From Oopsacas minuta (taxonomy: Eukaryota; Animalia; Porifera), in contig JAKMXF010000166.1 in the NCBI GenBank assembly GCA_024704765.1, forward strand, positions 724,401 to 788,400: a DNA stretch of 64,000 nucleotides, written 5' to 3'. Made by a program: the position numbers and the translations under genes. The notes under the pieces are model-generated. The model did no database searches. It worked only from the letters and a program-made list of their open reading frames with translations, and was not told the origin of the DNA. Shown here in pieces: positions 24,296-39,202 of this stretch (position 1 is the first letter of the stretch; each line of letters starts with the position of its first letter).

Positions 24296-25232
24296 CTAAT
24301 AGATAAAAAAGAATAAACAGCTGGAATGTCTTGGATAATAATTATTAAATCATAACCATCTTGAGAAATGGTGGTTACCAAAGGATCACAAGTGGCAGAA
24401 GGTAAAACCAATTGGAGTTAGGGGAGAAATCTTAAAGTGCTGCTCCCGCCAACAATAATATGATATAGACAGAATTATATCCGCGCCATGTAGGAATTCC
24501 TACTTGGATCAAAAAGGTGGAATAATTTCTAAAGAGGTATTCTTTGGATTATTGTCATACATGCCGTTAGGGAATTGCTTGGAGGCTTGCCTCCCCCTGA
24601 AAGTAGGTTGGGTATTTTGATGGGATATACGTATTGGTAGAGATGTATTTTTGGTACAACTATAGTCTAGTACTGCAAGCTTATTTCCATTTAATCGACG
24701 CTACGGCGTATTTTGAAGTTATAGAACTCGTCGAATAATGAACAGAGAACTTTAGAACAGAAAATCCGTCAAAATTAGACAAATTTCCAATTATTCACTA
24801 TATTTGCAAAGTCTATGGGGATATTTTGCGATACTGAATGAAGCCAATTATACGCTATTCTATACATTGTTTGCATTCACTTTCCGGATGCTTACTACCC
24901 TCACACCTTCAGTATTTCTATGGATATTCATTTTTCGATATTTTCTATATAATGATTTACAATGAGCGGTCATGAAACTAACTAAAGAAATTTTAATTCA
25001 TGAATCCGCTTTTAGAACATATATGAGATTAGTTGAATACCTCAGTAATTCACATGTTTGCAAAGTAGTTCATGATTACCCAACATTGTTATAAGAATGC
25101 AAGATTTTCAATGTAATGAGCATCATTAATCCAAATAACAAAATATTAATGTGGTTATGTTAAATTAAGATGCCACGAATTGTGGCACTCCTTCTAGTAA
25201 TAATGTTACACCGATGGCCCGACTGATATATA

Positions 25233-25768
25233 CAGTGGAAGCTGCTTAATCGAGACTCGGATAATCGGTATATCCGCTTAAATGGGACAAAGGTTTGTGA
25301 ATAGACATTTTACATAGAAAAATCGACGGATAATTGGGACTTTGAATCGGTTAATAGTGATTTTTTATCCCGATTAACCGATTATTTGAAATTCATAATC
25401 GGTTAATCGGTAATTCTTATCCCGATTAAACGAATATGAAAATTATATTCGTTTAATTGGGATTTGATCCAATAAAACGACTTTATATGTATTCTTAATC
25501 ATTGTAATATGGTTTGTTCATAAAACTAGGAATTTGAATATTCTACAGCCATAATAATACAACGCCTATTGGATTTCAATTTACAATACAAGATTATTAA
25601 CTTTGTTCACTCCCTATATAAATCAGGATTTAGCAGTAGTGCAATAGGATATTTCTGGTTATGATCTAAGATCATGAAAATTTGTTTTGAATACTTAAAT
25701 ATATCATAATCGGTTTACCGAGACAAAACATTTACTCCCAAGATGTCTCGATTAAGCGGCTTCCACTG
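25233..25768. mobile_element. pogo/Tigger-type MITE with internal AATCGG/CCGATT repeats
   Basis: TA|CAGTGGAAGCTGCTTAATCGAGAC ... GTCTCGATTAAGCGGCTTCCACTG|TA. Confidence 0.8.
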
Positions 25769-25809
25769 TAATAAGAATGATCACAAATGTATTCTACTTA
25801 TTTACATTA

Positions 25810-26345
25810 CAAATAATGGATTTTCAGCCAACACTTGAGCCCACTGCCTTCAATGAAATCCCACAGGATTTGCCTTTTGAAGATATTATTATCCTGGCAC
25901 ACTGTTGTGATGATGCTATAAACTGGTTAAGAACATATGACTTATTAGCGCGTCGAATGCAGTGTCGTTGTGGAGTAGAAATGTATGAAACACATTCTTC
26001 TCACTGTCAGGATGGCAATGGATGGAGATGCAGTTCATGTAAACGAAGTGTTCGATCCGCCATATGTCCATCTTCACATCATCCAAAATACAACTCCCAT
26101 TGATGTTCAGGTTCCTGTACTATTGAGGGAGGACTTACGATCGTATGCATTTTGGAGAAGCACTTAACATGGCGTCCGAACACAGTTGTTGATTGGAAAA
26201 ATTATATGAAGGGAATATGTTATTGGATGTCCAGGCAAGATCATTGAGATAGACGATTCCAAATTCGGCAAACGAAAGTATAAGAGATGTAGACTGTTAA
26301 CTGGCCAGTGGGTATTCGGGATGGTTGAGAGAAGTAAATATAAAA
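25810..26345 (+). pseudogene. Merlin/IS1016 (ISXO2-like) transposase fragment
   Basis: Zn-ribbon CRCG...WRCSSC followed after frameshifts by IGCPGKIIEIDDSKFGKRKYKRCRLLTGQWVFGMVER, matching GGPGxxVEIDESxFxKRKYNRGR...WVFGxxER; 3' truncated. Confidence 0.7.
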
Positions 26346-27649
26346 TTATGGTTATAACATCGAAGATCATAATATAGATTGCACAATTCTATTAAATTCA
26401 AATCTGTCATGATTTCAATGATATAAACTGAGAGGATACACGTTTCTTACAGAATCTTTGTCAATATTCCTATTTTTGTGTGGAATTACAAAATCAGACA
26501 TTTTTCTCGTATTATTTACATTTGTGCTTAAAATACTCTATATACTCTACTTAGATTATGATTGATGTAACTCTGTTGGCAATTACTTCTGTCATTCACA
26601 TATTCATACTTTGTACGCATGAAATCGCCAGCTCTTAAGTTTAACTTCGTTTCTAAAATTGGATGTTTGACTATTCTGAACCAATTTTCTGCACTTGCAT
26701 TACTAGCCAGGTTGTAATTGCTCCTTGGTCATCAACTGTATTTCTTAATGACTAAGGAGCAATTAAAACAATTGATAGGATCTTTCTATCCCACATATTC
26801 TAGCGTTAATGCGATTACTATAGACAGCTTTAAATGCCTCAATACCAATATATGAAAATTTGTCTCGCAATTTGACTACCCAATGAATACATATACTGAT
26901 CTGATAATTGTTCAGAAGGAAGTACTTGTTCTTAAACAAATTAATTGATTTACAATCCAATTCTTAGAATTAGACTAATTCTTAGAATAATTCTAAGAAA
27001 AATATTTAGTGAGGTAAAGAGGACACTTAACTTATAATTTATTCTACTTTTCTATGAAATTATAATCAATACGCATTTTTTACAAAGAAGATTGTTTATC
27101 GCTTAAGACAATATGTTTGATTATCATATCCACATGTTGTAATAACCGGGGCAAGGAACTAGTCAAACTACATACCAACTATATTTAGATACTATTTCTT
27201 GATATCACTCTGAATTGTATTATGATATCAATAAATGTATTTACGTAATTATATCTCATATATTTGAAAACATAATAGTGTTGTATCTAAACTAAGGTAA
27301 ATAAAGTCAATGCCATTTGAGTGACGTCCTGCAATAATATACGCAATATATGCCAATTGATCCATTAAGCATATTATCAACTTTAGTTATAAGTATAAAT
27401 AATAAAAAATTGTTAATTAATTATGATAATATCTTACCAATCGCTCGCATTATGGCCACTGAAAAATCGAACCTCGTTCAAAGAATTTTACTCAGGAGGA
27501 GATAATATCACTCGTGGATCTCATTCATGATAAATCAAGTATACAAGTATAAGGATTGCATTTTCTACTATGTGCATATCTTCTTAAAAAGCGATTGAAG
27601 TCGAATGAATTGGCATAAATTTTATTAATCAAGAGCAAGAATCAATCGA

Positions 27650-30200
27650 GTAGAATTACACAATTCTAAGAACAAAGTCTTATTCTAAGAACTTCATTTA
27701 AGAATTTTAGTTAATAAGGCCCAGGCTTCAGGCTGAAGCATTAACTGCGTTTAAGGACGTTCCAATGGATGATAGAAAGGATTATGGATTAGTTACTCCT
27801 GCTCTTCAAAAGCTCTAGTGCCAGAAGAAGACAAATTCATTGCAATCGACCCTTATGCTAGAGGACGCTATAATTGTGTATTCAACTACTGATGGCAATG
27901 AACTAAAGGAGGGTTGCAATGACTTGATGTATACCAAGATGGTAACTTATGAGATACCTTCTGTTCTGAAGATTACAGTGACATATTGTCCCACTATAAG
28001 GAGTTACTGTCTTTCATTCCAGGGACTACACAAGTCACTACTCGCAGAATTTCTGTCACCCACAAGTTACCCGTAAGATCACATGCTAGACCCATTCCAC
28101 ATATTTATACGACCGAGATAACTAAATGCTAAAATCTGCAAGGATTCTTATCCTTACCACTACCAGATGAAGTAGAAGAAAGAATCGAGGGTAGCGAATT
28201 ATTCTCAAAATTGGATCTTAATAGCGGATACTGGCAGGTTCCATTACGTAATAAATATCGTGAAATGTCAGCGTTCTCTCCAGGTCCAGGAATGGGATTG
28301 TATCAGTTTAATATGGTGCCATTTGGACTGGCCAATGCTCCTGAATCATTTCAAAGAATGATGGATTCTGTTTTACGAGGGCTGGAAGAATTTAGTTTTC
28401 TATTTGTTGACGATACTTGATATTTTCGCCTGATGATGTACAACATCTAAATCATCTGTCCAGAGTTTTAAGAAGAATTCAAAAAGCTGTTTTAATACTG
28501 CGAGGATCTAAATGCGAAATTGGCAAATGTGAGATTGAATATTTGGGTCACGTATTTCAAAAGTGTTATGGCTCAAAACACTTTCCGAATTTCGGCAATC
28601 ATAGAATGGCCTCGTCCTCAAAATTATAAAGATATTCGTCTATTTCTTGGAGTAGCCATCAATTACCTTTGTGAGGAATTTTTCAAAAATTGCGAGTCCA
28701 TTGAATCAACTACTTCAGAAGAATACACCATTTGATTCTGATTCAGAATGCGAGAACTCGTTCAAAAAACTTAAGTATTGTTTAGAGAACGGTCCCGTTC
28801 AAAGATGTTCATCTATTGATAAGTAATAGTCATTGTATACAGATTCTTCAGGGGTTGGTATTGGAGCCGTATTGGAACAGGTCGGTAGAGGTGTCGTATA
28901 TTCAAGTATAACACTGAAGGATGCAGAAAAGAAGTATTCAACGATTGTAGGAGAATGTTTGGCACTTGTGAATGTAATTAATAAAATTCAGACAATACCT
29001 ATTGGGAAAACACTTTACCGTATACGGTGAACATAAACCTTTGGAATGGATATTCGAAAAAAGGAATGTCGTAAAGCAATCCAAGAATATGATTTTACAA
29101 TTCGGTATCGTTCCGATAGTATAAAATCTAATGCAGATACTTACTCAGAGGGTAGATCTGAACATTGGTGACGCGGAACCTGTATGTATATCTGAATTAA
29201 TTCACATTGACATAGCCGAGGATGAATTGTGTTTAGCACAATGAAAAGAACCAATATTAAGAGTTGAGATGGAAAATTTAGCATCTAATGAGCCTCAATA
29301 TTAAAAGAACAGGGATATATCGAAATGCTTATCAAACGATTACAACAAATTTGGAATCAATTAGATAGTAAATGGAATTATTTTTCGAATCTACAAGCCT
29401 CATGCATTTAGCGATTTTACTCGTGTAGTTGTTGTACCAGGGTGCCTTAAGACTAGGCCTTTACATCGGTGCCATGATCTACCACAATCAGGATACTTAG
29501 GTTTGAGAAGAGCCTCGGAAAATTGAAAAGGATTGCTTTCCGACTCGGTCATCCTCAATATTTACACTCTGATCAGAGTATAAATTTTGAGTCTGTATTA
29601 ATCAAAGAGATCTGTGAAGCATGGGGAATAGGTAAAAGTAGAACTACCATATATCATACACCAGGAAATGGGGAAGTGGAACGAGCAAATAGAAGTTCAC
29701 CTAGCTTGGTTATTGCAGACATAAGTAATTCGAATAGCCAAAAAAGCTAGTGCATGTGAACAGATTAAGACCTAGATATATGGGGTTAATATTTTATCAT
29801 CACCTCCAACAGAGGTAGAAGAAGAAATTTGCGAATCGAGGGTAATCAAGAGATCGAGATGACATGGACAAGAGAGCAATTGAGCAATCGAACGAATTAA
29901 ATAGTTCATTCAACCATAGTCTAAGACTAAACCAAGGTAAAGATTTGTCCAGCAATCGGATGTTCACAGTGGACAACAAGCAGAAATATCATATTGGAAC
30001 TAAATAACACGGGCAAGGAACAAGGGCCAATTGAATTTGTTCCAAACACGACATCCACACCAAGATCAGTCAACAGAGAAAATATTGACTGAGGTAATGA
30101 TAAGGAATTGAGAAAATCCTCTAGAGTTAGTTGTTATTGGAATATTATATCACCTGATAAGCTCAGGGGCAAGCTTAGAGATAGAAGTAAGTATTGTAAC
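27650..30200 (+). mobile_element. Gypsy/Ty3 LTR retrotransposon internal region, decayed; LTRs not resolved
   Basis: gag-like QAEALTAFKDV; RT LDLNSGYWQVPL...PFGLANAPESFQRMMD...FVDD; RNase H YTDSSGVGIGAVLEQ; integrase LHSDQSINFES...YHTPGNGEVERAN. Order is RT-RH-INT. Confidence 0.85.
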
Positions 30201-30317
30201 AATGTGATTGAGTAAATTAACTGACATAAGTTATTCTTTATTGGATATTATGGAATAATGGCTATATATATTCATGTAGTAAATTGTTAAGAGCTTTTGG
30301 GTTATATGTATCATTTA

Positions 30318-33300
30318 CACAGGGTTACATAAATATATTTTTTCAATACACAATCTAAGTTATCCAAATTTTCTAATACAACTTTTCGTGCAGAGTTTGA
30401 AAAACGCATCCATTCATGGCCATCACGTCAGGACTTTATAGTATAGAACAAGACTTGTTTTTGAATAGTACATTTTAACATTAATATAAATGATCAAATA
30501 AAATGTTCCCAACCTCAAATTTTCATATGTAAATATACTGAAATAATATACTTCTTGTTCACTACATATCTCTACATATGAAAGGGCATATACTATGTGT
30601 TAGTCTATAAATTTTCTTAAGAACCTAGATTAGGACTCCAAAAACTTCCTTTTATGAGATTTTCTCGCGTAATGTATGTCCACACAATCTCGCTTCAGGC
30701 TCCAACAGTAGTCTGCTATCATTTTAGTGTCATACCTTCCTTGGAAATGCTCTTCCATCATTTGAATGTCCTGATGAAACCCTTCAACCCTGTTCATCCG
30801 ATACGTCTCCACGATTTGTTGGGAATTCATCCAAGTGGCTATGCAAAAATGAATTTTGATGCTCATATTACATCCCAACTTATGAAAGCTTTCGAGCAAA
30901 CGATTGATTAAATTCACATAATTATAGTCTCTTCTAACGACTAAGAAGCCTTTCACAAGCGATACAAAGGCTTGCCATGCATCATACTCAGTATCCAACA
31001 TATGAGTAGTGAATTCGGGATCTTTCATGAATTTTCGGATGTCTGGCGGATTGAAGATAGCAGATTTGACTTTTTCATCGCTCAGCAGGTGGAATTGTGA
31101 GCGGAGGTATTGAAAACAATCACCATCCTAGTTAAGAGCTCTTACGAATTGCTTAATTACCCCGAGTTAAATGTGCAAAGGTGGAAAAACAATCTTTTCC
31201 CGCTCCCCAGTGCTTCGTTGATCACATTAGCACAACCAAGAATTAATAATTTTCTCTTTTTGGCCACTCCTTTCTGATACAATGTTCATTCTTCACTCTA
31301 CTATCCCACATACACAAAATAAACAAGGATATTTGTGTACCCACTTTGTTGCCCGAGAAGGAAGCAAACCATTTTTAGATCTACACAGATGATCCACTAA
31401 TGAGAATCATATCTAATTAACTGAAAACCAGATTGACAATTTCATATTTTTCACTTAATGTCACAGAATGAGCAAGGGGGATTGAGCCAAACTGATTTCT
31501 ATTGTGAAGTAAAACAACTTTCAAACTCCTTTTTGAGCCATCAATAAAAAGTCTCCATTCATTAGCATCATATTTTATCAGACCAAGTCCTTTTAACAGG
31601 CCCTCAATGTCACAACAGTAAACAGAATTTTCACGTTGAGCAAAATATCGTGAGAACTCCTGTTCGCTATGACGATAATATGAAACCTTGGTGTGTGGAC
31701 TCAGCAAATTCTTTTGGTTAAGCCTAGATGCTAGTAGTTCGGAAGCAGCCATTGACAAAGCAAGATTACAAACCAAGTCATTTAACTCTTCCTGGTTAAA
31801 TGTTTGCAGTGGTTTAGATTTGATAAATTCTTCATCTCTACCTCATCAGGTGACTCCACATCATCAATATTTTCTGGTTTCGGATCAGGTAAAAATTGAT
31901 AACAATCAGTTATTACAGGTTCAAGTTCAGGATTTTTCCAAATTGAAATCGGAATTTCATCACTATGTTGTTCAGGCATTATTGCGGAAGGTAGAGAGGG
32001 ATACTGTATTCTTAATTTGTTCTTCTGATTGAAGCCTAGTGATTTGACCATCCAGAAGTAGCAATCATCAAAATGGTTTGTCGGTTCTCTCCATATCATA
32101 GGAATTCCAAATGGCATTGACTTTAGTTTGTTACACGACCAGTTATATAAATTCATGAGGCATTTCTGACAAAACTATATGTGGTGACCACCCTTTGTCT
32201 TGGTCGCCCAATTGCATCCCAAAATACGCAGGGTGTAAATTGCGTACTGTATCATCTATCGCCCGTTTCTGTGTTGAGAATGTTAACTCCCCACAAATAT
32301 AGCAGAAACTATTCGGATCATTAGAACATTTCCTCCTTGAAGTTGTCATAAAACAATTAGCTAAAATATAAATTAATGCTAATATCTTACTATATACAGG
32401 GCGTAACAAAAGTCTTGGCCGGTTCTCAATCGTAGATGGATTTAATATATACTAGTAATTATAGCATACATCGGAAATGCTAGTTGACTGATAGTTACTA
32501 TATAGTAACTACATTTATACTATAGGCATATTGAGTATCTTCAACACTGCTCTCGAATTTTTTTTAGCATATTTACCTTACCAGTGTTTTTTGGGAAAAT
32601 GAATGTCGGTGATCACGGAGTCGAGCTCTGTTCTAAAGCAATTGGGATGCTTGAAGGAGGCATTACTCAAAAAGAGGTAGCTACAAGTCTAAATGTTGGA
32701 GTAAGGTCAGTACGAGATGGTGGAGTTAACACAAATGCGGTGAGACTATGGAGGCTAAGCCTCATCTGGAAGGCCTCAAATTTTGAAACGGGTATCACGA
32801 ATAGAGTGATTAAGAAATCGTTGGGGAAAAGGAGGCAATCAACCCGAAAATTGTCGAGGAGACTATCTATCAGAGGAAACCCTATATCTCACATGACTAT
32901 TCAGCGGCACTTAGCACAAAAGCTTGATGCCAGACCCTATAAACCTCCCAAATGGCCAAGAGTTACACAAAAAATCAAGGAAAATCGATCGAAATTCGCT
33001 CGGGATTATGAGAATTGGTCTTTCTAAGATTGGAATAACGTGTTCTGGTCTGATGAATCGCCCTTTAAGTTATTTCATTCGCCAAACAAACAGAATGATC
33101 GAGTATGGGCAATTGGTTTACAAAATATTGAGCCTATTTTTCAAGTCAAATTCCCAGTGAAAATTATGGTCTGGGGAATGATGTCACACAGAGCGCTGTC
33201 AGAACTACACATTGTTCCCCAAAAACAGACCGTCAATGGACCCTACTATAGGAACGAAATATTGAAGAAAACCTGTCTGAATGCGATCGCTCGTAAAGCT

Positions 33301-34094
33301 AAAAAGGGGTCCGTTATTAAGAGGTCCATGTTGGAAAACATGTCAGAATTTCTGTTCATGCAGGATGGTGCCCCCGCACACACAGCCAATGTCACGCAGC
33401 AGTGGTGTTCAGAGAAGTTCCCTCGGTTTTGGAAGAAAGGGGAGTGACCAGCTAAATCCCCCGACTTGAATCCGATTGAAAATCTTTAAGGGTATTTTTA
33501 TGAACATTTGGATGAAATGGGCTAGGTCACCACGATTCAGGCCCTAATTGCAACCTAAAAACGGTATGGAAGACGATTTCACCGAACATCCTTCGAAACC
33601 TGGTGAATGGGATGCCTAATCGAATGAAATATTTTATGTGAGCCACCATAAGGCAACAGGCCAAGACTTTTGTTACACCCTGTACTCTCTATTTATAGTG
33701 ACTATAAGCCTACTATATAGCATGCATAAGAATAACACTATTCTATTAATATCTCAGCCAAAGTTAGGATTCCTTATACTATGAATGGAATATATACGAT
33801 AAAATGTACCTTGACTCCAAATAAACAGAGTTTTTGAACGCCCAAATATCTAGTCATACAAAACACAATGACAATGAATATAATTTGTTCTAGAAACACG
33901 ATTAAACAACAAATTACATAATTATGATTTGGGAGGGCTGGGCCTAGATGAAACTTTGGACAAAAATTATGAAACATCAATATCAAATAATCTGGACGTG
34001 ATGGGCACAAATGGATGGCGTTTTTGGCCTCAGAGGCTAAAGGTTAGTTAGAAAAAACAATGGGATAGTTTGTGTAAAATGCTGTTGCCCAGTG
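30318..34094 (-). mobile_element. Chapaev3-like transposon with a nested Tc1
   Basis: Ends CACAGGGTTACA and TGTTGCCCAGTG, flanks TTA and TCA. Fragments SRRKCSNDPNSFCYICG, LGDQDKGWSPH, PMIWREPTNHFDDCYF and FHQDIQMMEEHFQGRYDTKMIADYCWSL. Confidence 0.75.
32397..33682 (+). mobile_element. Tc1-like DD37E transposon
   Basis: 24-bp TIR CAGGG(C/T)GTAACAAAAGTCTTGGCC with TA TSD. Motifs WSDES and MQDGAPAH-x-KSPDLNPIE (D37E); several stops. Confidence 0.9.
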
Positions 34095-36433
34095 TCATAG
34101 TTGTGAGATGGATCAGATGCAGCTGAAGACCAAATTATCATTAGCATATCCTCTAAAACATTCTGTTTAATTGAATATCAACCTGTTCCTTCATGATTAT
34201 AATGAAAAGAATATGCAGATTCCAGGCAATGGACAATATCTAGATAAATTATGGCAGTTTGAAGAGATGGCAAATCCAATATTGAGAAAGAGTCGAGATT
34301 ATAACTCAAAACCAATGATTTATTTGTACATTGTGGAGATGGTGGAAATGGGGAAAGCGATTTACACAATATGAAATCTATAGGTGGCTGAGCCGAGACT
34401 GATGGATCGATTACTCGCTCGATTCATACACACGGATATTGTTGAATAATTCATCCATTTCAAAAAAAAATAGATCTTGCTGATGCGGATTATTGCGCTA
34501 TGTAGTATTCTACAAATAATGTCCCAAATAGAATCGCTAACGCTAGGGCCAACAGAAAGTGAACACACAACCACTTTGTATGAATTAAAAGTGGATTCGA
34601 TATCAAAAGTAACTGCTGGAGCTATCTTGGAACTAAAGAGGAACATATAAATTCTATATTCGCCGTAATCACCAGAAAATGTGTCAAGATAAATCTAACT
34701 TTTGTTGTAGTAATTGGTTATTATACATCAAACCGCATTCCGATGAGATGAAAATAATATAAATAGAAAGAAAGGAAGTTACATTTGGAAATATTGACTC
34801 CACTTGAGTAATGAAACTATTTGGTTTCATTGTAGGGGTTTCGAAACGAAAATATAATTCTAAAATGTGAAGAAAATAATACAATGTTTGATATACAGGG
34901 CAGAATGTAAATAACTTAATCCTTGAATAGTAAGTCCCGATGTACTATTCAAGAAATACTGCATATTGAAAATAGACAACAAACTTTAGTCAACAAGACT
35001 TATATCAGAGTTTTGATTTGTAGATTTACGAATGAGAAGGATTTGCAGAGTCGTGAAAGAGTTAATGAAGAAAGTGGTGAAATATAGGTGTTTAGTCATG
35101 AATAGATGAAATATAAGATAAAATTTATTGGATTCTCAAAAGATTATTTCAAAAGGTACTCTTCAGCAGTAGTGTTTGTATTTTCAAATGGGAAAATTAT
35201 GGTGTGAATATGTATCTTATTATAATTATTTCATGGTACATTAAACTTGAGCGGAATAATTCATTGAAAAATAGCAAATAATCCTGAATTATCCATTTCT
35301 ACTCGATATTTCAAACATTGATTATATTTAATCTATTTTCGAAAATATGGAAACTAATTACTACTTTGAAATTACTTTGCATATTCTCGAATTCATTGAG
35401 TAATTCATAATGAGTCAACTGAGATCAAACAGTGATATTGTAGTAATCTGTATGCGTTACTATAGTTAGAATGGTTAGAATGTTTATTTAATTGGTGTGC
35501 TTAGTACAAATCTAATTGAGACTCGACTTAAACAAGCCAGTTCTCAAGCCTAAATTTATCTTCAAAGGTTTCAAATAATTTAACATAACAATTTAAATAC
35601 TTAAACGTCTATACAACAACAGACCATGTAGATGATTGCAGAAAAAAATAATTGTTTAAGTATACTAAATTCATATGTGAATTGCTGCTAGTTAGATCCA
35701 CCAATTACTATTAGAAAAATACAAGTTTTAAAAGTATAAATTCATTCCAGAAATGTCAGTACCTCTTCTTTCGATTGGTCAAAAATGTTAAACTCTGACC
35801 ATGGGTAGTTAGTCAAATTAATGGTAGAAGTACTGCTAGTCGAATATTCAACCAACTTCACACTCGATATTATCATTAAGAACTACCAACTTTATCGATT
35901 TACAATGTGAGAACCTGGGCATAAAACAACTTACATATTGATAAACTATTTTTTCCATGAGGGACACAGAAAATACATTTTTGTGGCGAAAAAGTTCATA
36001 ATGGTTGGAACATGGCTAGCTAAGCAAATAATTGCCAAAATAATTTCCAGGCCATTGAATATATCCTGTTTGATCAAGAAGATTTGCACATATCATTACA
36101 AATTCGAGTGTCAATACTTTTCCACATATTAGGAAACGCTTAGAATATTTTGAGGATGGTTTTCAGTAAATTTAAACACAATGACACAGCAAAATCAACA
36201 TTAATATACGTATATCACAATGTACCAATAGGGCATATAGTATTAACAACACCTATCAGGTGTGAAAAGAAGCATCGTTATAAGATATGAGGAGTGATAC
36301 ATGAAAACAACTAATCTGGATCTACGAATTATATTATATACAGTTGTAATACACTTAGGTTTGACATTCACGTCGTTTGTTTGACTTAAAAGCAGTAAAT
36401 TGGTCCTGACGCCGTGTTCACAGACCTGTTTTC

Positions 36434-37500
36434 TTAAGTTATTAAAGTAGATGTTGAAAACGCATTATTGACAAATTCTTTTGAATTTTCTGAGTGACCT
36501 ACATAAGCAAAACTAGAATTCCATTTAACTGTTGCAATACTGAGTAGTATCTGTGCTAGAGAGTTCCAAAGATATCTGGAACTTCCAAATTCTTTCTCCG
36601 AAACATCAAGCAAACAAAGTGCACTCAATACATTGTGATGTAATGAAGTACAGGTTAGAGTCAAACCATTTTCGTTTAAGTTACTAACATACTCAGAGGA
36701 AATAAGATTGTTGTTCAAGGAGCCCAAACAAACTGGACAGTGGGTATGTTCTGATAGCTTCAAAGATATATACCCTGAGATATGAACGACTACTTGTTGA
36801 GAAGTATGACTCAGCTGTAAATGATTGTAATCATTAATGAGCATGTTCCTTGCAAAGTCGTAGAGAATGAATTAGAATGAGATGTAGTTGATAAAGAACT
36901 GATGTCAACATTTCGCTTTAGGAGATATTTCAGACTCATCAGGAAGGTAAGGTTTAATCATCTGGTAATATTTGTCCTGAACTTTGTAATTCATTAATAG
37001 ACGAATGTAAGCATTCGAGTATGTTGGGTAGTTATCTGAAACGATTGGTCTAATTCTGAATCGAGATTGTGTGAGGAATAACAAACATCGCTCCAGATTC
37101 CGATAACAACATCACCTGTGTTTTTAACTAGAGATACTGTTGAAATCACAAATTAGATCGACTTCATGAGTGATACGACCATAAAGCATAATATGCTTGT
37201 GTACGTTTTCAAATTAGGATTGCAACCAATTAATGTGTGTCCACTAAATTGAACTTAGGATTTGAGAGACATTTCATCAGGTAAAATTGCAACATCAAAC
37301 CCAATAAAGTATGAGTCAGGAAGAAATTGGAGGCATGGCAGTTGCTATAGAAGGGGATTTAAGCTTTCGAAGTAGTAAGTTGCTTGGGAGAGGAATATAT
37401 TTCTTAAGAAAACTATAAGCGGAATTAGAATTATACCTAAGCATTAAAGAAAACAGATAACTTATGATGAGTACTTCGGTCTACGGCAAGGACTGGAATA
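36434..37500 (-). pseudogene. P-element/THAP9-like transposase relic, internally deleted; boundaries approximate
   Basis: LRYNSNSAYSFLKKYIPLPS, ILPDEMSLK...SILCFMVVSL, IVSDNYP, and a C-terminal VVHISGYISLKL...HCPVC...LNENGL. Confidence 0.65.
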
Positions 37501-38862
37501 ACAAAGTTGGATTAGTTCCTTTATGACATCGACATCATATTTAGAACGATTACAAATCCTGGAAATAAGGCAAATATTTGAATATGCATACGATAATATA
37601 CCTGAAAGAACTATTTGAGTATTTTGTTAATAATGTCCGGATTAAATCGATAAATCTATTATACAATTTGTAGATGGTTTGTTTTCGTTCGGAATTGATT
37701 GAGGAACTGAAAAGAGCTAGAGACTTGAAATTTGGGATGTGTGTGATGTGATAAAAATTACGAAATTGTCATAATGGGGTAATACACAGCAGCAGAATTC
37801 AAATATACTATCAATATTTTTCCATCTCATTTGAATTCATTGCAAATTGGAATTAATTATTTAATTTGCTCATGATCTAATTGATGAACAAAGTGACTAG
37901 AAACTATCTATTGAGAAAATATTCATCAATTTAGTCAGAAACAATGTTAACTAACATAATCAAATATATCTTTGACGTATATTATCCCATGCAGAGCAAA
38001 TATTCACGGTATTTCCTGGATTTATATTTGTATGTTTAGTTGTGTGCAAGTACATTGGTTCAGTTAGTGTACATGGCGGACGAAATACACGAGAGTGATA
38101 AAAATTGATTTATCATCAGATTTTGAGTCTGATGAGAGCAACACCTTCTCCAATTCGATTGCAGTAAGAAATTCTACTCTTAACACAAGTAATTCTCTAT
38201 TCACAACACCAATTGGTATTATTCCACTTCCAATAGGGTCACCTACTTTGATAAATTCAGTAACAGATTCCACTTCCAGTAAATTCGAACCGAATTGTCT
38301 CAAGCACCTACATCTAGCACTAATGATTATGAAACTTCTGATCATTCAAGAAATTCCCTTGAAAATGCTACGTAAATATACAAATTAGCTTGAAATCCAG
38401 CCAGTCTCTTTCAGTACTACAGTTAACGTTAGAATCACAGTCGATGTATGTAAACTGAGGAAGGAGACCTTACCAATTGATTTCCTAAAGGTGAATGGAA
38501 AACCGATGTGGGAGTAAAACTTATCTAGAAATTGGGCCCCGAATTTCATGACAGTTGGTAGAAAGTTTGCTCTGATAGCAAATGGATCAGTTTCTGCTCC
38601 TACTAATATGGCCGTCAACGTATCTTCAAAATGTAACTGTTCATTATCTATCCGAAATTAGGAATGTTTTGATGATTGGACTACTAGAGCTAGTAGATTT
38701 GAGTATAATCATGATCTGACAACAACAGTAGGTTTATGTTTAGCAGATGATTCTTACGTTTTATCCTCAAGGAATTTGGGGATTTAAGAACCAAATTTCA
38801 CCGAGCTGGGTTATCTGATTCTAAAATATGTCAGACTTTTCAGAGTGAGGCATTATATAATA

Positions 38863-39202
38863 CAGTATATGCCGAATGTGAGAATCCCGGTTATATGAAT
38901 ATGCCTGTAACAAGAACCTTGACATGATTCATGGGATCATTTGCCAAATACTCTATGGCATTGTTACCTGATATAAGAACATTCTATGCCGGTTATAAGA
39001 ACACTCTTAGAATAGTAATGAAATTGGTTCTTATTACAGGTATGAGAATTTCTGTAATATAGTTCCTAAATCCAAATTTGTCTGAACGAAGTGCTCTCAT
39101 AACCGACATCCTCTATACGCTACTTACCGGTTATAAGAACATGCGGGATATAAGAGCATTTTGTCCAGTTCCGGACGATGTTCTCATAACCGGCATCCAA
39201 TG
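38863..39202. mobile_element. pogo-type MITE with internal CCGGTTATAAGAAC repeats (copy 1)
   Basis: TA|CAGTATATGCCG ... TTCTCATAACCGGCATCCAATG|TA; same family as 42296-42688. Confidence 0.7.
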
